DNA from: Nitrosopumilus sp. | GTDB taxonomy: Archaea; Thermoproteota; Nitrososphaeria; Nitrososphaerales; Nitrosopumilaceae | Assembly: GCA_965218785.1 (NCBI GenBank) | Contig: OZ244650.1 | Span: 1,856,001 to 1,920,000 of the forward strand | Length of the DNA stretch: 64,000 nucleotides | Direction of reading: 5' to 3' | In this document: positions 28,230 through 36,934 of the stretch, piece after piece | How positions within the stretch are numbered: position 1 is the stretch's first letter | How the letters are laid out: the number at the start of each line of letters is the position of its first letter | Notes under the pieces: model-generated | The model's database searches: none | What the model was told of the DNA's origin: nothing | What the model saw: the letters and a program-made list of their open reading frames with translations, nothing else | Program-made: the position numbers and the translations under genes

Positions 28230-29072
28230 TCAGGAGGATAATTCTGCACTGCCAAATAGGACACTAAATGCTTTGCACCAAATCAAGACCTTGTTGTACT
28301 TGTCAAGATCAGTACCTTCTGGAATGTCATAATTTTGATTTCCGCGGTTTGCTTTTAGATCTCCCAGATTGATAAATTCTGATGCTCTGTCATCTGTTGA
28401 CAAGTAGACAAATAGGTCCGGACCGTTGGTAGACAAAAAGTTTTCTAATCTTAGTACGTTACTTCCATCTTCTAGTGGAATGGTGTATGCGTCTCCTTCT
28501 GCATGATGAATTCCATCATTAGCACCTATGAATTGTCCTGCATATGACATTGTTGGTTCTTCCATCGTCATTTCCTCCTGTTCCATCATTTCTTCTTGTT
28601 CCATCATCATTTCCTCTTTCATCATCATCTCCTCTTCCATCATCATTTCCTCCTGTTCCATCATTTCTTCCTCTTCCATCATCATCTCTTCTTCCATCAT
28701 CATTTCCTCCTGTTCCATCATTTCCTCTTGTTCCATCATCATTTCTTCTTGCTTCATCATTTCTTCTTCTTTTAGTTCTAATTCCAAAATACGATTTTGC
28801 TGTTCTCTAGATTCTCTTTCCAATTTACTTATCTGAGTTTCCAGTTCATGAATCTTTTGTGAATCCCCAACTTGAATAATATCTGAATTGATTAGGAATT
28901 CCAATGATTCTATAAATTCCGAATCAGTTATGCTGTCTTCTACCCAAAATGCGGCAATACCCTTTACCCATGCGGGAATACTGTCACCTTGAGAGTATAC
29001 AGTTCCAACACCAGATACTATGACAAAGAACAAGACAACACCCAGCAGGACTTGATATTTGGGAATCCTCAA
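28230..29072 (-). CDS. Exported DM13-domain protein with a Met/Glu-rich linker and an N-terminal IPAWVK repeat
   Basis: Signal peptide; IPAWVKGIAAFWVEDSITDSEF; coiled coil; (EEMMM)n; GPDLFVYLS...GNQNYDIP...LIWCKAFSVLFG (DM13). Confidence 0.88.
   Translation of the reverse strand: MRIPKYQVLLGVVLFFVIVSGVGTVYSQGDSIPAWVKGIAAFWVEDSITDSEFIESLEFLINSDIIQVGDSQKIHELETQISKLERESREQQNRILELELKEEEMMKQEEMMMEQEEMMEQEEMMMEEEMMMEEEEMMEQEEMMMEEEMMMKEEMMMEQEEMMEQEEMTMEEPTMSYAGQFIGANDGIHHAEGDAYTIPLEDGSNVLRLENFLSTNGPDLFVYLSTDDRASEFINLGDLKANRGNQNYDIPEGTDLDKYNKVLIWCKAFSVLFGSAELSS
28561..28771. repeat. Coding tandem repeat (15-18 bp units encoding EEMMM/EQEEMM)
   Basis: Repeated ttccatcatcatttcctc/tcttc units. Confidence 0.92.
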
Positions 29073-29194
29073 TGAAAATTTTGAATTTTAGGAATATAAA
29101 AATTGAGCAGTGATTTGGAGAAGAACCATTTTCAGGTCTTCAATATTATGTTGGACTCGAAAGATATTATAATGTAATATCTTTCGTTTGAAAT

Positions 29195-31297
29195 GTGACT
29201 GTTGCAGAACTTTTGATGGGCAGTGTTATACTACCAAGAAACGAGTCGCCAAAAGCCATATCACGTCTGACTGAATTTGAATGGTTTCACAAAATGGAGA
29301 TGGAAAATGAGACAGTTACGCCTGAAATCGATGATCTTCTTTTACGGGCCCAAAAAACACACCAATTCATCGAGGATGTCATCAAAGGACTGAATATTCC
29401 CCTGCGTGTTGGTATAATGGAGATTCTTTTCAAGGGTACAGTCTTAAAAAGGAAGAATTATGATATTGATGAAATTGAGGGTCTAGTTGCAGAGCTTGAA
29501 AAGACTCCAGAATCAGTCACTAATGCGGCCAAGGTATTGGAGGAAAATGCAAAAGTAAGTCACTCTTTAGAGGAATTCAAATCGTTAAAAGAGACGCTGC
29601 AGGTCGCAAACAAGCTAAAAGTTGATCTTGCTGGTTTTGGTTCCATGAGGTATTTTTATACAAATCTATTTGTCATCAATTCCTCAGATTATGAAGAAAT
29701 TGAGCGCTCGCTGCAAGGCATGCCAATTTACAAATATGATCTGGAATCCAAGGAAAAATCAGCAGTAATAATAATTTCCGATATCGATGATTCTGACAAA
29801 ATTCTCAAGATCATGCGGGCCCTTAATTCCAATCCATTTAGCATACCCAAGGAATTTCCCCAGATACCAAACGAGGCGTTTGCCTTGGCAGAATCAAAGA
29901 TCAAGGAACTAACAGAAAAGAAGAAATCCCTTTCAAAAGAGCTGGCTGGAATTACAAAAAAAATCCGTGGTGAAATTCTGGCAATGCATGAAAACGCATT
30001 GGTGGCAAAAGATGTTCTTGAGACATTACGCAAGCCAGGTGGTACGAAAAATTTTGCGGTAATACAGGGATACATTCCAAAAAAAATGGAGGATAAATTC
30101 AAACAAGTAACAAATCAATGGACGTCAATTACCGAAGAAATAACGGATCCAAAGATTCTTTCCAGTCTTCCCGTTTGCCTGGATAATCCCAGATGGGTTA
30201 GAACGTTTGAAGTAATTACACAGAGTCAGGGAATTCCAAGGCGTGGGGAATTTGATCCCACATGGATGATTGCGCTAATGTGGCCGATATTTTACGGATT
30301 AATGTTTGCAGATGTAGGTCACGGGTTGTTGTTGATGGGATTGGGTTTATTGTTCAAATTCAAGGGACAGGGAACACTCTCAAGATGGGGGATGCTGCTG
30401 GCAATATCTGGCGCGGCAGGTGCTGTTGCCGGGGTTTTCCAGGGCGAGGCGTTTGGATTCCATCTGGATCACTTGGCAGGACTAGAGGCGTTACTGCATG
30501 AAGGCGGGCCGCTTCATTCCATATCGTGGCTGATAGGCGCCATCACCGTAGCAGAACTGACATTTGATCAGGTAATTATGATTCTCAAAGTTTCAATCTT
30601 CATCGGAGTCATCCATCTGGGATGGGCCTTTATTTTACGCATCCACAATTACTGGAAGAGGGGAGACAGGGACACTCTGATCTTCGAGGCCATTCCAAAC
30701 ATGTTCATGTGGTTGGGTGTTTTCGGAGTGATGATGGGGGCGATTGGTTCAGGATATGATGTCATAAACATGTATTCCAAGGTTCACACGGAGGCAGTTC
30801 CCTGGATCACAGTACTAGTTGGAGACTGGGCAGTCGTATGGATAGTCGTCAGAGTCTCAGTAATCATTGTTATCGCATGTGCTGCGTTGATGATAATTGG
30901 TGGAATAAAACACAACAAGAAACACCCAGATGACGGCGGAGACATGGTAAGTGTAATCATGGAAGTCTTCCTTGGAAAGACCATCGAGTGTCTTGCACAT
31001 ACAATCAGTTATGCCAGGATAGGAATCATGCTGCTTGTGCATGCCGCGTTATTACTCACAGTTAACAAGGCCTATGAATCCCTTGGAGGACTAGATGCGC
31101 CGCAATCCCTTGTACTAATTGTCGGAGGACAGATAGGAATCATGATGATTGAAGGTCTGATTGTCTACATCCAGTCCCTAAGGCTTCACCTCTACGAGTT
31201 CTTTACAAAGTGGTATGATGGCGGTTCCCAGCCATTCAAACAGCTGGTGCCAGAAATGGTTTACAACTCTTATTCGTGGAAGGACAGGAAAAAGTAG
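29195..31297 (+). CDS. atpI: A-type ATP synthase subunit I (a)
   Basis: FYGLMFADVGHG, TISYARIG (essential Arg), IQSLRLHLYEFF. Confidence 0.96.
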   Translation: MTVAELLMGSVILPRNESPKAISRLTEFEWFHKMEMENETVTPEIDDLLLRAQKTHQFIEDVIKGLNIPLRVGIMEILFKGTVLKRKNYDIDEIEGLVAELEKTPESVTNAAKVLEENAKVSHSLEEFKSLKETLQVANKLKVDLAGFGSMRYFYTNLFVINSSDYEEIERSLQGMPIYKYDLESKEKSAVIIISDIDDSDKILKIMRALNSNPFSIPKEFPQIPNEAFALAESKIKELTEKKKSLSKELAGITKKIRGEILAMHENALVAKDVLETLRKPGGTKNFAVIQGYIPKKMEDKFKQVTNQWTSITEEITDPKILSSLPVCLDNPRWVRTFEVITQSQGIPRRGEFDPTWMIALMWPIFYGLMFADVGHGLLLMGLGLLFKFKGQGTLSRWGMLLAISGAAGAVAGVFQGEAFGFHLDHLAGLEALLHEGGPLHSISWLIGAITVAELTFDQVIMILKVSIFIGVIHLGWAFILRIHNYWKRGDRDTLIFEAIPNMFMWLGVFGVMMGAIGSGYDVINMYSKVHTEAVPWITVLVGDWAVVWIVVRVSVIIVIACAALMIIGGIKHNKKHPDDGGDMVSVIMEVFLGKTIECLAHTISYARIGIMLLVHAALLLTVNKAYESLGGLDAPQSLVLIVGGQIGIMMIEGLIVYIQSLRLHLYEFFTKWYDGGSQPFKQLVPEMVYNSYSWKDRKK

Positions 31298-31311
31298 GTG
31301 CAAAAAAGATC

Positions 31312-31398
31312 ATGTCAAAAGAAGCAATAATCACCACAATTCCGGCAGTCATCATGCTTGGTTTTGCCATTTTTGGCATAACAGTAATTGCCCCGTAA
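31312..31398 (+). CDS. 28-aa single-TM microprotein directly downstream of atpI
   Basis: MSKEAIITTIPAVIMLGFAIFGITVIAP; starts 14 nt after the atpI stop, preceded by AGGTG; fills the gap to the convergent gene. Confidence 0.55.
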   Translation: MSKEAIITTIPAVIMLGFAIFGITVIAP

Positions 31399-31420
31399 TA
31401 CCAATAAAATCAGCAAGTGA

Positions 31421-32200
31421 TTATTTTTCTACGGGCAGATCCAGCTTGTTTCCCCATTCGCCCCAGGATCCCAGATATACCCGGACGTTCTCAAATCCGA
31501 GTTTCTTTAATGCCAAAAATGAATTGGCGGCACGGTATGCCCCCTGGCAATAAACTACAATCTCAGAATCCTTTGGAATCTGATAGAGCCGGGATAATTC
31601 ATCATCTGACTTGAAGGTGCCATCATCACTGATATTGAGATTCCAATCAACATTGATAGCTTTTGGAATATGTCCTGTCCGGGCCGCCCTTGTTGTAGTT
31701 CCGTCATATTCCCCCCGGGATCGGGCGTCAATAATTTTCAGGGTATCAAGATTTTCCAGAACATGCTCGTAGCCGGTAATAATTTCAGGATTGACTCTTC
31801 CAGAGAACTTTGAGGGCCGGAAGGGATTGGATTTTGTCTCAGTCGGCAGGTTCTCTTTCTTCCATTTTCTCATACCGCCGTCTAAAACGGATGCATCCGG
31901 ATGCGAAAAGTATCGCAGCATCCAAAGTCCTCTTGCAGACAGCATGCCAGAAACACCGTCATAAAAGACGACCTTATCTTCAAAAGTTACTCCGGCAAAT
32001 GAGAAGAGCATCTCAGCTTGCCTGTTAAAATTTTCCATCCCCTCCCTTGTCGTATCTATCCAGTGAAATGCAAACAGATCTAAATTTACAGCACCTGGAA
32101 TGTGTTCCTCGGAATATTCCTTGAAGGAACGGGTGTCAATAATCAAGGTATTTGAATCGTCATCCAGGATTGAATTCAGATCAGTTGTAGAAATCAGCAT
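31421..32200 (-). CDS. Two-domain rhodanese/sulfurtransferase
   Basis: HIPGA, VLDGG, GHIPKA, active site YCQGAYRA, YLGSWGEW. Confidence 0.92.
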   Translation of the reverse strand: MLISTTDLNSILDDDSNTLIIDTRSFKEYSEEHIPGAVNLDLFAFHWIDTTREGMENFNRQAEMLFSFAGVTFEDKVVFYDGVSGMLSARGLWMLRYFSHPDASVLDGGMRKWKKENLPTETKSNPFRPSKFSGRVNPEIITGYEHVLENLDTLKIIDARSRGEYDGTTTRAARTGHIPKAINVDWNLNISDDGTFKSDDELSRLYQIPKDSEIVVYCQGAYRAANSFLALKKLGFENVRVYLGSWGEWGNKLDLPVEK

Positions 32201-32275
32201 GGTTTTTGTAAATTGATCAAATCTAAATTGGTTTGTATTGAAAAATAAAAAGAAAAGAAAGGGGTGTGTGTTTTT

Positions 32276-33886
32276 CTATTCGTTAACGTATGCTCTTTCG
32301 CCATGCTGAGCCAAATCAATGCCAATCTCCTCTTCTTTAGGAGTGACTCTGATTCCGCCAGGCCATACGGCATCCATTACCTTGAAGATTATAATGGTAA
32401 CACCAAAGGCATAGCCTACAGTTATGCCGGCTGCCATGATGTTGATTGCCTGCTGTTCCATTCCTTCTGCAGTACCAGTCCATGCACCAATACCGTCTCC
32501 GGTATCCCAAATGTGCGGACTAGCTAGTGTACCAGTCAAAATTGCACCGGTCAAACCGCCTATTCCGTGTATTCCCCATACATCTAAGGCGTCATCCCAT
32601 TTGCGTGCACTCTTGAAGGCGATTGCTGCATAACAAACTGTACCAGCTGCAATACCAATTATAATCGACGCCATTGGACCTACCCAGCCTGAAGCTGGAG
32701 TAATTGCTACCAATCCCGCTACTGCACCTGATGCGGCTCCTACTACACTTGGCTTTCCTGTATGTGCCCATGACATCAAGACCCAAGTTATAACAGCCAT
32801 ACCGGTTGCGGTATTTGTAACAGTCCATGCGCTGACGGTAATGCCGTCTACCATTGCTTCACTTCCTGCGTTGAAACCAAACCATCCGAACCAGAGTATT
32901 GAAGCTCCGAGAACTACAAATGGAATGTTGTGTGGTTCCATTGGCACTTTGCCGTATCCAAGTCTTCTGCCAAGGACTAGGGCTCCTGCCAATGCAGCGA
33001 ATCCTGAAGAAATGTGTACTACAGTACCACCAGCAAAGTCTAATGCGAAGGTCGGAGATAGATCTGGATCAATGTCGAGTCCACCTCCTCCTATTGGTCC
33101 GCCTCCCCAGACCCAATGTGCTATTGGATCATAAACGAGGGTTCCCCATAGAAGTACGAATATGACTATTGCGCTGAATTTGATTCTGTCAATCAGACCA
33201 CCAATGATTAGTGCTGGTGTAATGATTGCGAAAGTTGCTTGGAACATTGCAAACAGTTGGTGAGGTATAGTACCCGGCCAACCTTGGCTGCAAAGTTTAC
33301 CATCATCCATAGCACTCATCTGATAAGCTGCAGACCATGTATCGCTACATGCGCCGGCTTCACCTAATGGTGCGTACGGTGATACCATGTTAAATCCGAC
33401 ATAATCGAGATTTCCCATGAATTGGTTTGCATCAGAATCAACGCCACCAAATGCCAGTGAGTATCCCCATAGGACCCATTGTACTGACATTAGACCCATT
33501 ACCATTAGGGTCATGCCAAGTACATTGACAACATTCTTTGATCTGGCTAATCCGCCATAAAAGAATGCAACGCCAGGAGTCATGAAGAGTACCAGTGATG
33601 TTGCAGTCAGCATCCATGCTGTATCGCCCTGATTTATAGGGCAAGGCAATATTGTGCCTTGATCCAGCATGACGCCGCCGTCTGCATCAGTGATGATGTT
33701 ACCATCATCATCAACAGAGTACCAGCATTCGTTAGGATTTCCAGTGTAAATTCCACTGGTTCCTTTGACATATCCATCCATACCATCTTCAACACTTTGT
33801 GCAAATGCCTGAGACATTGCACCAGTTGCTGTAATGGATACTGCGACCACAAGTAATAGAGCATACTTATGGTTCCTAGAATTCAT
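32276..33886 (-). CDS. amt: Ammonium transporter (Amt family)
   Basis: GDTAWML, FQATFAIIT, DFAGGTVVH, WFGWFGFNAGS, DDALDVWGIHG (twin His intact), EEEIGID. Confidence 0.97.
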   Translation of the reverse strand: MNSRNHKYALLLVVAVSITATGAMSQAFAQSVEDGMDGYVKGTSGIYTGNPNECWYSVDDDGNIITDADGGVMLDQGTILPCPINQGDTAWMLTATSLVLFMTPGVAFFYGGLARSKNVVNVLGMTLMVMGLMSVQWVLWGYSLAFGGVDSDANQFMGNLDYVGFNMVSPYAPLGEAGACSDTWSAAYQMSAMDDGKLCSQGWPGTIPHQLFAMFQATFAIITPALIIGGLIDRIKFSAIVIFVLLWGTLVYDPIAHWVWGGGPIGGGGLDIDPDLSPTFALDFAGGTVVHISSGFAALAGALVLGRRLGYGKVPMEPHNIPFVVLGASILWFGWFGFNAGSEAMVDGITVSAWTVTNTATGMAVITWVLMSWAHTGKPSVVGAASGAVAGLVAITPASGWVGPMASIIIGIAAGTVCYAAIAFKSARKWDDALDVWGIHGIGGLTGAILTGTLASPHIWDTGDGIGAWTGTAEGMEQQAINIMAAGITVGYAFGVTIIIFKVMDAVWPGGIRVTPKEEEIGIDLAQHGERAYVNE

Positions 33887-34001
33887 TAAATTAATCGAAT
33901 TTGGAACTTATTTAAGGGTATGAGATACTAAAATTTGGAAAAAAGTAAATTGTTATATTTTAGTATATTCTGATATTAACATAGAATATGAAAATAAAGT
34001 C

Positions 34002-34685
34002 ATGGAGAATCCAATGAAAGTGAGGGAGGCCAACAGATTAGCAATTTTTGATACGTTCAAGACCAAGGGCGATCATCTGACAGGAGAAGCAGTCAGGCAG
34101 CGGGCAATTATTACCATACTTGCCAGTAATGCCAATCCTGCAGAAAGAACCAGGACTGGGATCTCTCAAAGAATGGCAAAAAAACAGGGAACGACTTGGA
34201 AGAACATCTATTCAGGCATATTCCGCGATATGGACAAAATTTTACTTCCCATGGAGATCGCAGAGGAGAAGGGAAGATTGCCCCTAAAAAGAGGTCCAAA
34301 AGCTCTTCAAGAAAAAGGAATTCCATACTATAATCTAACCAAGAAGGGTGTTCTGATCGCATTATCAATTAGCGAGGATAAAAACAGGGAAAAATTATTT
34401 AACGAATTTTTCTCAGAGTCTGACCCTGTTGAAAAAGAGTTTGAAAAGATTCTCTCCAGTCTTTTAAAGAAATGTCCCAACTTTACACATTTAATTTTTC
34501 AAAAATATGTCAAGGCTTTTTGTGATCAAAAAATCAAGGATCTTCTTCCTTTTGAACTCTCAAAATTCAGCGAGTTTTCTGACGATTCATTTGGGATTCA
34601 AAAGGAGGTTTTAGAGGCATTTTTAGAACTATCAAGGCAGGAAAAAGAGGGCGTCATAAAAGTCCTCAATAAAATAACCGGATAA
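34002..34685 (+). CDS. Conserved thaumarchaeal protein with a probable winged-helix N-terminus
   Basis: TRTGISQRMA helix and wing-like YYNLTKKG; divergent from amt. Confidence 0.7.
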   Translation: MENPMKVREANRLAIFDTFKTKGDHLTGEAVRQRAIITILASNANPAERTRTGISQRMAKKQGTTWKNIYSGIFRDMDKILLPMEIAEEKGRLPLKRGPKALQEKGIPYYNLTKKGVLIALSISEDKNREKLFNEFFSESDPVEKEFEKILSSLLKKCPNFTHLIFQKYVKAFCDQKIKDLLPFELSKFSEFSDDSFGIQKEVLEAFLELSRQEKEGVIKVLNKITG

Positions 34686-34737
34686 ACGCAGGATAACGCC
34701 AAACATTAAAATCAGTTATTCATTGAGAACAGTCAAA

Positions 34738-35772
34738 ATGGGTGGATCTAAAAACGTCTATGCATCTGTAAAGTCATACAGCAAAAGAGGAAAACTACTA
34801 AAAAAAGCAGATTTTCAAACTTTGGCAGAATCAAGGGATCTAGATGAATTAATGACTAGAATCAAAAATACCGTTTATGGGGATGCAGTATCAGATGTGG
34901 AAAAACCCTACACGTCCCACGGCATTGAATCTGCCCTCAGAAGCTCCCTGGCAGACGTTCATTACAGCATAGGCAAAACCGCAGGTGGTGGAATCATGGA
35001 TGCATATTATTTGAAATTCATCATCTCCAACCTGAAACAGATTCTAAAAGGAAAGGTTTTAGAAAAATCCCAAAAAGAGATTGAATCCCACATTAATCTT
35101 CATGCCGAGGAGCTAATCAAACAAAGGGATGTGGTTCTCAAGGCACTTGTTGCAAAAGATCTAGAAGAGGCAGTGGCAAATTTGAGCCAGACAGAGTTTG
35201 GAGAAGAGATTGCCAAGGCCGCGGCTTTGTATGCAGACAAGAAGAATCTTCAGATCTTTGATACGTATTTTGATAAAATCTTGTATTCACGTCTTGTAAA
35301 GGCATTAAAATCAGGAGATATTGATGCAGGCAAGTTAGTTGGAATGGATATTGATTTTTACAATATTCTTAGTGTGATTAGGGGAAAATTCTGGGGATTA
35401 GATGAGCAGCAAATTCAGGATTTGATCGTGATCCAGTCCCCGGCTGCAAAGGATCTGCTAGGAAGAATGATGTCGGCAGCAACAATAAGGGATGCGTTCA
35501 ACGAGCTTTCCAATACCAAATACAGGGGTTTGGTTCCACCCCAGGTTGAAAATGAATTGGATGCCATAGCAGAGTTTGAGCGGGCTTTTGAAATAGCGAT
35601 TTATCAGGCATCACTGAACTCTTTTACAAAAATGTTCAGTTTGGCAACAACGGTAGGAATTACAAAACTAACTGCATACGAGGTAAGAAATCTCGCAGCA
35701 ATCGCCTATGCAGTCGAACAGAAAATACCAACAGAAACTACAATGTCAAAATTGATTTTAGAGACAGAATAA
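34738..35772 (+). CDS. atpC: A-type ATP synthase subunit C (d)
   Basis: YASVK..RGKLL, IDFYNILSVIRGK, YEVRNLAAIA. Confidence 0.9.
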   Translation: MGGSKNVYASVKSYSKRGKLLKKADFQTLAESRDLDELMTRIKNTVYGDAVSDVEKPYTSHGIESALRSSLADVHYSIGKTAGGGIMDAYYLKFIISNLKQILKGKVLEKSQKEIESHINLHAEELIKQRDVVLKALVAKDLEEAVANLSQTEFGEEIAKAAALYADKKNLQIFDTYFDKILYSRLVKALKSGDIDAGKLVGMDIDFYNILSVIRGKFWGLDEQQIQDLIVIQSPAAKDLLGRMMSAATIRDAFNELSNTKYRGLVPPQVENELDAIAEFERAFEIAIYQASLNSFTKMFSLATTVGITKLTAYEVRNLAAIAYAVEQKIPTETTMSKLILETE

Positions 35773-35782
35773 CTGATAAAAC

Positions 35783-36013
35783 ATGGATAAAACTCCGCCA
35801 GAAAAAACTAAAGCGCCAATTAACGTTCTGACAAATTGGGTCAGTATTTGTATGGCACTGATTTTTGCTCTGCCGTCACTTGGGGTATTTTTGGGGATTT
35901 ACTATGGAACCGGAGATCTGCTCGTCGGGGCGGTCCTGGGATTTGGAATTCATTTTCTCATGCTTGCATTTTCAGGCAGGATTTCAAGGCGTCTGGACAG
36001 AATCATGAATTAA
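35783..36013 (+). CDS. Small two-TM membrane protein downstream of atpC
   Basis: Two hydrophobic helices joined by GTG; basic C-terminus; 10 nt after atpC. Confidence 0.7.
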   Translation: MDKTPPEKTKAPINVLTNWVSICMALIFALPSLGVFLGIYYGTGDLLVGAVLGFGIHFLMLAFSGRISRRLDRIMN

Positions 36014-36045
36014 CCTATATTGATCTAGTTGTGAGATGATTTACC

Positions 36046-36684
36046 ATGATGGGCGATAGGGATTTTCGAAGTATTATTAAAAATTCAATTGACTCCCTAG
36101 GAAGGGAATTGGAAGTTGAGATAGATTCCAAGGATGTTCAGACCATTCATCTCAAAGAGGTGACCCAGTGTCTAAGACGCTCATATTTTGACAGGGTGGA
36201 TCCCACCGAAATTGAGAGGAGGGGATTTAATGATCTTCTCTCAGGACTGCTAAGAAAGTTACAGTATGGAAGCGAACCAAAAGAGTTTGCAATTGAAGAC
36301 ATCAAGCTGAGGGGACATGCAGACATGATAGTCGATGATTACATCATCTTATTTAGATCAACGTCTGATAAATTGGAAAATCCCCTGGCCAATGATATTC
36401 TATATCTGAATGCGTGTATGTGGATATATGGAAAAATCGATGGAATGATCGTGTACATCACAGGAGATAGAAATGAAACAAGTTTTTCATTGACACGTGA
36501 CAAAAAGATGTTCGAAGAGCTTATCAGAAGGATCAGGGTACTAAATGATCTTCTCAAGGAAAAGAAAACACCCATCTTAGAGCCGTCATCAGAATGCTCT
36601 GATTGTCAGTATTATGAAAGATGTTTTGTAAAGAGGAAAAATACCAAGCAGGTGTTTCTATCAAAAATATTCGATATGGAATAA
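36046..36684 (+). CDS. Solo Cas4-like RecB-fold Fe-S protein with a degenerate nuclease site
   Basis: TQCLRRSYF plus C-terminal ECSDCQYYERC (four Cys); GHAD motif II is present, but ExK is replaced by LFR. Confidence 0.8.
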   Translation: MMGDRDFRSIIKNSIDSLGRELEVEIDSKDVQTIHLKEVTQCLRRSYFDRVDPTEIERRGFNDLLSGLLRKLQYGSEPKEFAIEDIKLRGHADMIVDDYIILFRSTSDKLENPLANDILYLNACMWIYGKIDGMIVYITGDRNETSFSLTRDKKMFEELIRRIRVLNDLLKEKKTPILEPSSECSDCQYYERCFVKRKNTKQVFLSKIFDME

Positions 36685-36727
36685 AGATTAGAAAAATGAA
36701 AAATATGAAAGGGGATTATTCCTTTGT

Positions 36728-36838
36728 TTATTCGAGTGGTTCGGGATGTCCCTTACCACGAAGAGCGAAACACACTACTGCTAGTGCAATTGCGACTCCT
36801 GCTGCTGCGCCAAATGCGGCCATACCTGCTTCTGCCAT
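36728..36838 (-). CDS. 36-aa single-TM microprotein with its own promoter and terminator
   Basis: MAEAGMAAFGAAAGVAIALAVVCFALRGKGHPEPLE; TTATAAAA 25-32 nt upstream; T-tracts downstream. Confidence 0.75.
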   Translation of the reverse strand: MAEAGMAAFGAAAGVAIALAVVCFALRGKGHPEPLE

Positions 36839-36934
36839 TTGATAAAAATCCTCTTTACGGGCTTTTATAACTTTGTCAATATTTTTCTTCTGAAAATAAA
36901 TTATCACAATTTTGAAATTTTATGATACTATAAT

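Noticed and set aside
28528-28836. Ile/Ser and Pro/Ser-rich plus-strand ORFs; possible CRISPR-like periodicity
   Set aside because: Antisense shadows of the EEMMM coding repeat; there are no unique spacers.
36046-36684. CRISPR-Cas system or casposon
   Set aside because: No cas1/cas2, array, polymerase or terminal inverted repeats in the window.
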